Source: Sphingopyxis sp. RIFCSPHIGHO2_12_FULL_65_19
GTDB taxonomy: Bacteria; Pseudomonadota; Alphaproteobacteria; Sphingomonadales; Sphingomonadaceae
NCBI RefSeq assembly: GCF_001830555.1
Contig: NZ_MIAM01000014.1
Span: forward strand, 1,332-65,331
Length of the DNA: 64,000 nt
Direction of reading: 5' to 3'
Positions 1 to 8,873 of the stretch are shown here, piece after piece. Numbering within the stretch: position 1 is the first letter of the stretch; every line of letters begins with the position of its first letter. A program made the position numbers and the translations under genes. Below the pieces are notes generated by a model. The model was not told the origin of the DNA. It did no database searches and saw nothing but the letters and a program-made list of their open reading frames with translations.

Positions 1-251
1 TCGATATCGAAATGTTCGTCCTCGACCCAATAGGGATGGTCCATGTCGAAGGGCAGCCGGTGGAGGCGGCGCTTGAACAGCGGCGAGGTGTGGACGCGAC
101 TTTCGACGTGGCGAATGATGTCCTTGAATCGCACGAAGCCGCCCGGCGCGGTCGAGGGGTCGTAGATATAGACCCCCATGATGTGCGTCAGGTTGTTCGC
201 GGTCTGGGTGTAGAGGAACTGGGCGTCCTGTGCGCTGAGCTGTTTGAGCAT
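1..251 (-). CDS. Wax ester synthase/diacylglycerol acyltransferase (WS/DGAT), N-terminal part; runs off the left edge
   Basis: Not in the ORF track. Manual translation from ATG at 251 gives MLKQLSAQDAQFLYTQTANNLTHIMGVYIYDP...RRLHRLPFDMDHPYWVEDEHFDI, a typical WS/DGAT N-terminus. It lies downstream of plsB. The catalytic HHxxxDG motif is outside the window. Confidence 0.85.
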   Translation of the reverse strand, partial: MLKQLSAQDAQFLYTQTANNLTHIMGVYIYDPSTAPGGFVRFKDIIRHVESRVHTSPLFKRRLHRLPFDMDHPYWVEDEHFDI

Positions 252-272
252 ATTAGGTTCCTTTACAGACAT

Positions 273-370
273 CGTCATGGCGAGGAGCCGAAGGCGACGC
301 GGCAATCTCCAGCTTTCGAGGTTGCGCGACTCCGATGGCTGGAGATTGCTTCGCTTCGCTCGCGATGACG
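273..370. repeat. Intergenic palindromic element (CGTCATGGCGAG...GCAATCTCCAGC / GCTGGAGATTGC...CTCGCGATGACG)
   Basis: Long imperfect inverted repeat filling the plsB-WS/DGAT gap; resembles alphaproteobacterial REP/MITE-like elements. Confidence 0.8.
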
Positions 371-383
371 AAACGGGGGTAAG

Positions 384-2729
384 TCACGTCCGCTCCCCCG
401 CCTCCACCAAACGATCCGCCAGCGCCACCGTCGACAGCCGCATCGTTTCCATCACAGTCGCCAGCCCGCGCAGTTCCATCAGCAGCGCGCGGCGCGCGGC
501 GAGGATGTCGGGGGTCGCGTCGTCGGCAAGGCCCATGTGGCGCATCAACGACAGGCCGTTGGCGAACAGCAATTTGCCGATCGCCGCCTCGCTGCTGATC
601 CGGCGGAGCAGATAGGCCTGCTTGCCTTCGGTCAGCGCGGCGCCCTCCAGCGCCTTGTCATCGACCGCTTCGCCCGGCTTTGCGCGCGCGAGCAGGTCGG
701 CGACGACCGAATAGGCTTCCGCAAAGGGCAGCAGGATCGCGTGGCCGACAACCGGCTGGCAGCGGCGCAGCATCTGCGCGATGCCGCGGTCGCCGCTTGC
801 CAATCGGCGATCCCAGACGGGGTCGATGCGCGCCAGTTCAGCCTCGATCGCTGCCAGATGCTCGCCCCGCGGCGGGTAGAAAAATTCAAATTTGAACAGG
901 TCGCGGAGGCGATCGATCTTGCCCCAGAAAGCGGCCGTCGCATCGCCGCTGTCGGCGTCGCGCAGATCGAACAGCGCAAGCTCGATCATCGCGCGATCGA
1001 GGAAATGATGCGCGATGATGTTGCGATAATAGCTCGCCATCGGATGTTTGTCGGGGTCGATCGAATAGATGGTCTCGCTGCCCGCTTCAAAACGCGTCAG
1101 CAGCCCGCTCGCGACGAGCGTGTCGACGGTCGCCGACAGCGCGGCATCGTCGCCGCTGTCCACTTCCTTGCTGAGCCGGATGCCCCGCGCCCTGGCCCAG
1201 TCGGTCACCGCGCCGATCGCGCCGAGCAATTCGGCCGAAGTCGCGCCGCGCGGCGCCATGCCGAGCAGGATCAGGCACATCACCGAGGTGACCGTCAGCG
1301 GCGTGACGCGGTTCGCCTCCACCGCGACCGCGAAGGCGATCTTTTCGAGCGCGCGCTTGTCGTCGGGACCGGGTGCCTCGTCGATCACGACCGGATTGCC
1401 GATGTCGAGCCGAATACGCCCCGAGGGCTCCTTCAGGCTTTTCATATAGCCGATGAACCACGACAGGCTTTCGGGCTTCTTGTTGCGGCCGGTCTGTTCG
1501 GCGGCATATTCCTCGACGTCGCGGATCAGGTCGAAACTGGTGACGAAGGGGACGAAATGCACATCCTTCGTGCCGGTCGCATGGGCGGCGTCGAGGACAT
1601 ATTTCATCAGCCCATATTTGGGCGGCATCAGCTTGCCGAGGCGCGAGCGCGTGCCCTCGAACGCCCAGCTCAAAGGAAAGCGTTTGGCAAGCAGCCAGGC
1701 GATATAGTGGCGCAGCACCAGCTTATAGACCGGCTGGTCCTGAAAGCTGCGGCGGATGAAGATCATTCCCGAACGGCGGAAAAATTCGCCCATCACGGCA
1801 AAGTCGAGGTTCGCCCCGCCGAAGCTGTGCAGCATCAGCATGTCATTTTCATAGGTCAGGCGGCTGGGCGTTGCGCCGTCGATATAGGTTTTGTGCGAAA
1901 AAAGGATCGCGGTCGGATGCTCGCGCAGGATATTGCGCAACTTGGCGAGTTCGGCCGCGTCGACCTCCATCGCGGGCGCATAGCCACCGAACATCATGCG
2001 GTCGAGCCGGGCGCGCAGGTCGAGGAACAACGCCGAAGGCCGCGCGATGACTTCCTTCATCAACGGGCGCGCCTCGCGGAAAAGTTCCGCGACCGGGCGG
2101 CCGGTCTTTTCGGACAGTTCGGCCAGCGCGGCGCGGAATTTGGGGCTGGTGCGCAGGCCATCGGCGACGAAGCGCGGCACCTTGTAGCGCGTGCCCCGAA
2201 CGCCGCGTTCGGCGACGTCGAGCGCCAGCCCCGCTTGTCGCGCCACGAAGCCCGCGAATTCGGCGCTGTCGGTCCCCTCGCCGTCGCCGCCGCCGGTCTG
2301 GCGGCAGAAACGCATCCGCAGCGCGTCGAGCGTTGCCGCCTCCCCCACCAATATTTGCGCGCGGCGGCGGTCGCGAAGCAGGATCAGCCGCGCGCGGAGC
2401 GGCCCGGGGTGGCGCGGATCGCCGAAGATGATGTGGCGGAATTTGAGCGCGCGATCGCGATCGAAGCCCGGGATTCGCCACGCGACGCGCAGCGGCACCA
2501 CCTGCCGCGACGGCTGCCCGTCGAGCCGCGCGCGGAGCGTTTCGAGCGGCAGGGCGTGGTCGTCGTCGGCGATCGCAAGGCTGGCCCATTGCGGCTCGGT
2601 CTCGCCCGCGGTGGCATGGACCCAGTCGAGCAGGAGCCGTCGCTCGACGCCGTTGCGCGCGTCGATGATATAGAGCCGGTCGGCCGCGTCCTCCGTCACG
2701 ATCGGGGTGCGGGCGGTTCCGTCGGCCAC
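384..2729 (-). CDS. plsB: Glycerol-3-phosphate acyltransferase (PlsB family)
   Basis: 781 aa; HX4D motif (SHKTYID), FIRR and FEGTRSR acyltransferase blocks. Confidence 0.88.
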   Translation of the reverse strand: MADGTARTPIVTEDAADRLYIIDARNGVERRLLLDWVHATAGETEPQWASLAIADDDHALPLETLRARLDGQPSRQVVPLRVAWRIPGFDRDRALKFRHIIFGDPRHPGPLRARLILLRDRRRAQILVGEAATLDALRMRFCRQTGGGDGEGTDSAEFAGFVARQAGLALDVAERGVRGTRYKVPRFVADGLRTSPKFRAALAELSEKTGRPVAELFREARPLMKEVIARPSALFLDLRARLDRMMFGGYAPAMEVDAAELAKLRNILREHPTAILFSHKTYIDGATPSRLTYENDMLMLHSFGGANLDFAVMGEFFRRSGMIFIRRSFQDQPVYKLVLRHYIAWLLAKRFPLSWAFEGTRSRLGKLMPPKYGLMKYVLDAAHATGTKDVHFVPFVTSFDLIRDVEEYAAEQTGRNKKPESLSWFIGYMKSLKEPSGRIRLDIGNPVVIDEAPGPDDKRALEKIAFAVAVEANRVTPLTVTSVMCLILLGMAPRGATSAELLGAIGAVTDWARARGIRLSKEVDSGDDAALSATVDTLVASGLLTRFEAGSETIYSIDPDKHPMASYYRNIIAHHFLDRAMIELALFDLRDADSGDATAAFWGKIDRLRDLFKFEFFYPPRGEHLAAIEAELARIDPVWDRRLASGDRGIAQMLRRCQPVVGHAILLPFAEAYSVVADLLARAKPGEAVDDKALEGAALTEGKQAYLLRRISSEAAIGKLLFANGLSLMRHMGLADDATPDILAARRALLMELRGLATVMETMRLSTVALADRLVEAGERT

Positions 2730-2754
2730 CGCTTAGTTACTCTCCGCCATATGT

Positions 2755-2836
2755 CCGCTCGTGTCGAGCGAAGTCGAGACACCCCGATGGCTAGCGCCAT
2801 GCCGATGGGCATCTCGACTTCGCTCGATGCGAACGG
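2755..2836. repeat. Intergenic palindromic element (CCGCTCGTGTCGAGCGAAGTCGAGA...TCTCGACTTCGCTCGATGCGAACGG)
   Basis: About 25-bp inverted arms flanking a short spacer between two co-oriented genes. Confidence 0.85.
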
Positions 2837-2860
2837 GGATTATATGTCGGGTGACAATCG

Positions 2861-4438
2861 TCATTTGCTCGACGGCTTTTTGGCGGGCGCCTTTTTCTTC
2901 GCGGCGGGCTTCTTCGCCGCCGCCTTCTTGGGCTTCGGCTTTTCGGCCTTGTCCTGGGGCGCGGCGGCATCGGGCGCAGGCTCCTTCGCCACCGATTCCG
3001 CCACGCTCTCCTCCGGCTGTCCCAGCGTGCGCAGGAACATGTTGCGGACGTCGCGGACGTGGTTGCCCACCGTCCGCGGTGTCCACCCCGATGTGTCGAC
3101 CGGCGGCAGCACGGTGACGCGCACCGTCGCGGGGCGCATCACAAATTCGTTTTTCGGTGCGACGTCGGTGGCGTTGTGGATGACGATCGGGACGATCGGG
3201 ACGCCCGCCTGCATCGCGAGGTGGAACGCGCCCTTTTTGAACGGCTCCAGCTTCGGCGTCAGGCTGCGCGTGCCTTCGGGCGAAATGCAGATCGACTTGC
3301 CCTCTTCCCGGATCGCATCGACCAGCGGTTCCATCGCCTTGATCGCGCTCTTGCCGTCGGCGCGGTCGACGAACACGGTGCCGCCCCATTCCATCAGCTT
3401 GCCGAGGATGGGGATGTCCTTGATCTCCTTCTTCCCCACGCCGCCCATGTCGCGGCGGATGAGCTTGGCGAGGATCATCACATCGGCCTTGCTCTGGTGG
3501 TTGAAGATGAAGACGCAGGGGCGCGACGACCAAAGGTGCCGTTCGCCCTCGACCTCCAGCTCGACGCCGGTGATCGCGGTCGCGAAATCGCCGAACAGCC
3601 CCATCGAGAAATTGACCGCCTCGCGCTGCGAGCGGGTCAGTGCCCAGATCGGCAGGCCCGCGGCAAAGGCGCCGACGAGCGAGCCGGTGGCGTAAATGGT
3701 GCGGGTGTAATCGACCCATGACGGCGTGCCGCGGCTGGCGAAACGCTGGACCGGCCAGTTCCGCTCGTCGGCGATACCCTTGAGCTTCATGTTCGGGTTG
3801 AGCGGGCGCGGCTTGCCGACGCGTTCGAGCAGTTCGATGTCGTCGTCGCTGTCGGAATAGAAAAAGCTCTGATCCAGATCGAGGCCATATTCGGCGGCGA
3901 GTTCCTCGGCGGCGAGCACCTTGCCTTCGCCGAAGCAGAGCGGCCGGATGATCTCGCCGGTAAACACCCCATCCTCAATCTCATAGGCCGAGCATTTGAT
4001 ATCGGTGATGCCCAGGTCGCGCGCGGTCGGTTCGATCTGGTAAATCGTCGCCGACGAGATGATCGCGACGCGGTGGCCCTTGGCCTGATGCGCCTCGATG
4101 ATCGCGCGCGTTTCGGGGTAAATCTTGCGCGCGATATGCTTTTTGTAGAGTTCTTCGCCAAATTCGATGAAGCTTTGTTCGTCGACGCCCTTCATGAATT
4201 TGGCGGCGCCCGACATCAGCCCCGAAAACCCGATCGTGCCAAGGCTGTGCTGCGCGATGACCTGCGCGGTTTCGGCGATTTCCTCCACCGACATTTCGCG
4301 CCGCTGGAATTTCTCGCGCAGCATGGCGGTGGCGGAATAGCCCGAGATGATCGTGCCGTCGAAGTCGAACAAGGCAGCGATATGCGATCCGGGTTCGGAC
4401 GCGAGGACTTCTTCCAGATGCGGCTGCGGTCTCGGCAC
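2861..4438 (-). CDS. HAD-IB phosphatase / 1-acyl-sn-glycerol-3-phosphate acyltransferase fusion with a Lys/Ala-rich C-terminal tail
   Basis: N-terminal FDFDGT (HAD motif I) and YSDSDDD; C-terminal NHQSKAD (HX4D) and SPEGTRS; tail KPKPKKAAAKKPAAKKKAPAKK. Confidence 0.88.
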   Translation of the reverse strand: MPRPQPHLEEVLASEPGSHIAALFDFDGTIISGYSATAMLREKFQRREMSVEEIAETAQVIAQHSLGTIGFSGLMSGAAKFMKGVDEQSFIEFGEELYKKHIARKIYPETRAIIEAHQAKGHRVAIISSATIYQIEPTARDLGITDIKCSAYEIEDGVFTGEIIRPLCFGEGKVLAAEELAAEYGLDLDQSFFYSDSDDDIELLERVGKPRPLNPNMKLKGIADERNWPVQRFASRGTPSWVDYTRTIYATGSLVGAFAAGLPIWALTRSQREAVNFSMGLFGDFATAITGVELEVEGERHLWSSRPCVFIFNHQSKADVMILAKLIRRDMGGVGKKEIKDIPILGKLMEWGGTVFVDRADGKSAIKAMEPLVDAIREEGKSICISPEGTRSLTPKLEPFKKGAFHLAMQAGVPIVPIVIHNATDVAPKNEFVMRPATVRVTVLPPVDTSGWTPRTVGNHVRDVRNMFLRTLGQPEESVAESVAKEPAPDAAAPQDKAEKPKPKKAAAKKPAAKKKAPAKKPSSK

Positions 4439-4552
4439 GCCTGTCTCCCCACCAACGGCTATATTGCCGTTTTACCTAGGCACAGTGGCAGTAAAGATGG
4501 CGTTTATCAATGGCGGCGGATCACAGCTTTTTGCCGTGAAAAATGCGGTATG

Positions 4553-4632
4553 CACCCGCGAAGGCGGGAGCCCATCTTCGGCCGGCGCTATTTTGAGCCG
4601 GCAGGAGATGGGTCCCCGCCTTCGCGGGGACA
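4553..4632. repeat. REP-like palindrome (CCCGCGAAGGCGGG...CCCGCCTTCGCGGG)
   Basis: Inverted arms downstream of eda. Confidence 0.85.
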
Positions 4633-4659
4633 CACGGCCCTTATGATCCGGGTTTGTGA

Positions 4660-5280
4660 TCAGGGTTTGAGCGCTGCCGCTTCTCTCGCCAACCCCTCGA
4701 TCCGCGCCGGATCGACCGGCCCCGACGGGACGACCCAGCTGCCCCCGACGCACAGCACCGGACCCAGGGCGAGCCATTCGGGTGCGGTTGCCAGGCTGAT
4801 CCCGCCGGTGGGGCAGAAATTGACCCCGCCGAACGGCCCCGCCAGCGCCTTCAGCGCCGGGATGCCGCCACTAGTCGCGGCTGGAAAAAATTTGAAGCTG
4901 TCGAGCCCGAGGTCGAGCCCCGCCATGATGTTCGACGCATTGGCGACACCCGGCAGGAAGGGAATCCCGGCGGTCACCGCCGCCTGCCCCAGATCATCGG
5001 TCAGGCCAGGCGACACGATGAATTCGGAGCCCGCGTCGAGCGCATCGTGAAGCATCCGCGGGTTGAGCACGGTGCCCGCACCGACGACTGCACCGGGCAC
5101 CGCCTTCATTGCCTTGATCGCGTCGAGCGCGGCAGGCGTGCGCATCGTCACTTCGAGCACCTTGAGCCCGCCCGCGACGAGCGCCTCGGCCATCGGCACC
5201 GCATCCTCGACGCGGTCGATGACGATCACCGGGATGACGGGCGCCAAACGCATGATCTGTTCGATACCGCTGTCGGACAT
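4660..5280 (-). CDS. eda: 2-keto-3-deoxy-6-phosphogluconate aldolase
   Basis: 206 aa; LEVTMRT, VGAGTV, KFFPA, FCPTGGI; downstream of edd. Confidence 0.95.
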   Translation of the reverse strand: MSDSGIEQIMRLAPVIPVIVIDRVEDAVPMAEALVAGGLKVLEVTMRTPAALDAIKAMKAVPGAVVGAGTVLNPRMLHDALDAGSEFIVSPGLTDDLGQAAVTAGIPFLPGVANASNIMAGLDLGLDSFKFFPAATSGGIPALKALAGPFGGVNFCPTGGISLATAPEWLALGPVLCVGGSWVVPSGPVDPARIEGLAREAAALKP

Positions 5281-5296
5281 TCTATCTCTCTTTCAT

Positions 5297-5322
5297 CGTC
5301 ATCCCAGCGAAGGCCGGGATCT
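5297..5322. repeat. Single (half) REP arm CGTCATCCCAGCGAAGGCCGGGATCT
   Basis: Matches one arm of the element at 7201-7278 but has no partner arm. Confidence 0.65.
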
Positions 5323-5350
5323 TATTGTTGCGTCTTAAACTACCGACAAA

Positions 5351-7192
5351 TTAAATGACGGCCTCCATCGCCGCCAATACCGCCGATCCGCCCTTTTCGG
5401 CCTCGTCGGCGTGGTGGCGGAACAGGGCGAAGAGTTCGCGCCCGACGCCCAGCGCGGGTGGCGGCGCGGTGGCGGGGGCGCGCGCGGCCCATGTCGCTTC
5501 GTCGACGAGCGCGACAACTTCGCCGTTCACCGCGCAGATGCGGACGATGTCGCCGTCCTGCAAAAAGGCGAGCGGGCCGCTGACCCCGTCGATGCCGGGC
5601 AAGGCTTCGGGCGAGAGATGGATCACCGCCGGCACCTTGCCGCTCGCCCCCGACATGCGCCCGTCGGTGAGCAGCGCGACGCGGAATCCGCGGTCCTGAA
5701 GCACGCCGAGCGCCGGGGTCAGCTTGTGAAGTTCAGGCATGCCGTTGGCGCGCGGTCCCTGAAAGCGAACGACGACGATGACATCGCGTTCGAGTTCGCC
5801 CGCCTTGAACGCTACCAGCACCGCATCCTGATTGTCGAAGATCCGGACCGGGGCCTCGATCGTCCAACGATTCTCGGCCACCGCGCTGGTCTTGATGATC
5901 GCGCGGCCAAGGTTGCCCGCAAGCAGCCGCATCCCGCCATCGGGCGAGAAGGGCGCGGCGACGGGGCGCAGCATCGTGTCGTCGCGGCTTGTTGCGGGCG
6001 CCGCCTGCCACTGGAGTGCGTCGTCGACAAGAACCGGCGCATTGCCATAATCGGCCATCGCGCCGCCGACGGTGAGCACGTCGCCGTGCAGCAGCCCGGC
6101 GTCCAGCAGTTCGCGCACGACATAACCGATGCCGCCCGCGGCATGGAAATTGTTCACATCGCCCGCACCGTTCGGATAGACGCGCGCAAGCAAAGGCACT
6201 GCATGGCTCAGCTCATCGAAATCCTGCCAGTCGATGATGATCCCCGCGGCGCGCGCGATCGCGGGCAGATGGATCGCATGGTTGGTCGAACCTCCCGTCG
6301 CGAGCAGCCCGATCACGGCATTCACGATCGCCTTTTCGTCGACGCAGCGTGCCAGCGGACGGTAATCGTCGCCGTCCCAGCCGATCTCCGCAATCCGATG
6401 CGTCGCGGCGCGCGTCAGTTCCTGCCGCAATTTGGTGCCGGGATTGGTAAAGGCGCTGCCGGGGATGTGCAGCCCCATCAACTCCATCATCATCTGGTTC
6501 GAGTTCGCGGTGCCATAGAAGGTGCAGGTGCCCGCGCCGTGATAGCTGGCCGCTTCGGCTTCCAGCAATTCGTCGCGGCTTGCCTTGCCTTCGGCATAGA
6601 GCTGGCGGACGCGCTGTTTTTCCTTGTTCGCGAGGCCCGAAGGCATCGGCCCGGCGGGGACCAGGATTTGCGGCAGATGGCCGAAGCGGAGCGCGCCGAT
6701 CAACAGGCCGGGGACGATCTTGTCACAAATGCCGAGCAGCAGCGCGCCCTCGAACATCGCATGGCTGAGGGCGATGACCGTGCCCTGCGCGATATTGTCG
6801 CGGCTGAACAGCGACAGGTCCATGCCCGCCTGCCCCTGCGTCACACCGTCGCACATCGCCGGAACGCCGCCCGCGACCTGCGCAGTGGCGCCGACTTCGC
6901 GCGCGAAGAGTTTGATCTGCTCGGGATAGCGGCCATAGGGCTGATGCGCCGAGAGCATGTCGTTGTAGCTGGTGACGATGCCGATATTCATCGCGCCGCC
7001 GGTGCGGATCGCGGGCTTGTCCTCGCCCGACGCGGCGAAACCGTGCGCGAGATTGCCGCACGACAGGCTGCCGCGATTGGTCCCGGCGTCGCGCTGGCGG
7101 TCCATCAGGTCGAGGTAAGCCGCGCGGCGCGGCGCGCTGCGAGCGATGATGCGGTCGGTGACCGCGGCGATGGTGGGGTGGAGCTTGGTCAT
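5351..7192 (-). CDS. edd: 6-phosphogluconate dehydratase
   Basis: 613 aa; [44 protein letters not shown]. Confidence 0.95.
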   Translation of the reverse strand: MTKLHPTIAAVTDRIIARSAPRRAAYLDLMDRQRDAGTNRGSLSCGNLAHGFAASGEDKPAIRTGGAMNIGIVTSYNDMLSAHQPYGRYPEQIKLFAREVGATAQVAGGVPAMCDGVTQGQAGMDLSLFSRDNIAQGTVIALSHAMFEGALLLGICDKIVPGLLIGALRFGHLPQILVPAGPMPSGLANKEKQRVRQLYAEGKASRDELLEAEAASYHGAGTCTFYGTANSNQMMMELMGLHIPGSAFTNPGTKLRQELTRAATHRIAEIGWDGDDYRPLARCVDEKAIVNAVIGLLATGGSTNHAIHLPAIARAAGIIIDWQDFDELSHAVPLLARVYPNGAGDVNNFHAAGGIGYVVRELLDAGLLHGDVLTVGGAMADYGNAPVLVDDALQWQAAPATSRDDTMLRPVAAPFSPDGGMRLLAGNLGRAIIKTSAVAENRWTIEAPVRIFDNQDAVLVAFKAGELERDVIVVVRFQGPRANGMPELHKLTPALGVLQDRGFRVALLTDGRMSGASGKVPAVIHLSPEALPGIDGVSGPLAFLQDGDIVRICAVNGEVVALVDEATWAARAPATAPPPALGVGRELFALFRHHADEAEKGGSAVLAAMEAVI

Positions 7193-7200
7193 ATTTTCCT

Positions 7201-7278
7201 CGTCACCCCGGCGAAGGCCGGGGTCTCAACGGCGCGACAGGATGCGAGGTCGAGATCCCGGCCTTCGCCGGGATGACG
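7201..7278. repeat. REP-like palindrome (CGTCACCCCGGCGAAGGCCGGGGTCTC...GAGATCCCGGCCTTCGCCGGGATGACG)
   Basis: About 27-bp inverted arms filling the zwf-edd gap. Confidence 0.9.
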
Positions 7279-7288
7279 ATCAAAAATG

Positions 7289-8752
7289 CTAATCATGCCA
7301 GCTCGCCCCGTCGCGTTCGATCAGCGCGATCGACGAACTCGGCCCCCAGCTTCCCGCGGTGTAAGTCTGCGGTGCCATGTCGACCGCCGCCCAGGCGTCG
7401 CGGATCGAATCGATCCACTGCCACTGCGCCTCGACCTCGTCGCGGCGCACGAACAGCGTCTGGTCGCCCTCGATGAAATCGAGCAGCAGGCGTTCGTAAG
7501 CGATGCGCCGCCGTTCGCCCGCAAAGCTGTGCGAGAGCGAGACGTCCATCGTCACTTCTTTGAGCTTCACCCCCTCGCGGTCGAGCCCCGGCTGCTTTGC
7601 CATCACCTTGACCCGGATATTCTCTTCCGGCTGCAAATTGATGATCATGCTGTTGGCATCGAGCTTGCCCGCACCGACGCGCGCGAAGATATTGTGCGGC
7701 ACCGGCTTGAACTGGATCAGCACCTCCGACTTGCGTTCGGGCATCCTTTTGCCCGTGCGCAGGTAAAAGGGCACGCCCTTCCACCGCCAATTGTCGATAT
7801 AAGCCTTGAGCGCGACGAAGGTTTCGGTGTTCGACGGATTGCCAAGCTCGTCGGCATAACCCGCGACCGCGCCGCCGTTCACCGCGCCGCTGCTATATTG
7901 CCCCTTGACGCTGTGCGCCTTCACATCGTCGGCGCTCATCTTGCGCAGGCTGCGCAAAAGCTTGACCTTTTCATCGCGCACCGCGGTCGACGACACGCTT
8001 GCGGGCGGCTCCATCGCGATGATCGCGAGCAATTGCAGCATATGGTTCTGGACCATATCCTTCAGGGCGCCGACGCCGTCATAATAGGACACGCGGCCTT
8101 CGAGCCCGACGGTTTCGGCGACGGTGATCTGGACATGGTCGATCGCCTGGGCATTCCACAGCGGCTCGAACAGCATGTTCGCAAAGCGTAGCGCGAGCAG
8201 GTTCTGGACCGTTTCCTTGCCCAGATAATGGTCGATGCGGAACACGCGGTCTTCGGCAAAAGCGTCGCCCACCTCGGCATTCACCTCGCGCGACGAGGCC
8301 AGGTCGTGGCCGATCGGCTTTTCCATCGCGATGCGGCATTCGGCGCAAGCAATGCCCGCGGCTTTCAGCCCCTGTGCGATCGGGCCGAACATCGACGGCG
8401 GGGTCGACAGATACACGCCGATGGGGTGCGCCATGCGGTCGCCGAGCAAGGCCGCAAGTTCGTCGTAGCCAGTGCCGGCCCCGGCATCGATCGCGCAATA
8501 ATCGATGCGGGCAAGGAAGCTTTCGACGCCGGCATCCTCGATGCGGTCGGCGGGCAGATGTTCGACCAGCGCCTCGCGAACCTGCGCCCGAAACGCCGCG
8601 CGGTCCATCCTGGACCGGCCCGAACCGACGATCGTCAGCGCATCGGCGAGCAACCCGTCGAGATGCAGATTGTAGAGCGAGGGAAAGAGCATGCGCTGCG
8701 CCAGGTCGCCCGTCGCGCCGAACAGCACCAGTGTTTCGACTTTCACGCTCAC
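7289..8752 (-). CDS. zwf: Glucose-6-phosphate 1-dehydrogenase
   Basis: FGATGDLA, RIDHYLGKETV, PFYLRTGK. Start moved to the GTG at 8752, which follows AAGGGG. Confidence 0.95.
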   Translation of the reverse strand: MSVKVETLVLFGATGDLAQRMLFPSLYNLHLDGLLADALTIVGSGRSRMDRAAFRAQVREALVEHLPADRIEDAGVESFLARIDYCAIDAGAGTGYDELAALLGDRMAHPIGVYLSTPPSMFGPIAQGLKAAGIACAECRIAMEKPIGHDLASSREVNAEVGDAFAEDRVFRIDHYLGKETVQNLLALRFANMLFEPLWNAQAIDHVQITVAETVGLEGRVSYYDGVGALKDMVQNHMLQLLAIIAMEPPASVSSTAVRDEKVKLLRSLRKMSADDVKAHSVKGQYSSGAVNGGAVAGYADELGNPSNTETFVALKAYIDNWRWKGVPFYLRTGKRMPERKSEVLIQFKPVPHNIFARVGAGKLDANSMIINLQPEENIRVKVMAKQPGLDREGVKLKEVTMDVSLSHSFAGERRRIAYERLLLDFIEGDQTLFVRRDEVEAQWQWIDSIRDAWAAVDMAPQTYTAGSWGPSSSIALIERDGASWHD

Positions 8753-8873
8753 ATTCGTCCCCTTGGATAACGCATCAGAATTGGAGGATGCGCCACGGGA
8801 ATGCAACGCGCATACGTAGGCCGCAGTTGATGTCGCCCCTTGGCAAAACCGACAACGCTGCCATAGGAATGCC

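Noticed and set aside
537-3695. 1052-aa plus-strand ORF
   Set aside because: Antisense shadow of plsB and the HAD-PlsC gene; no recognisable motifs; expected from high-GC codon bias.
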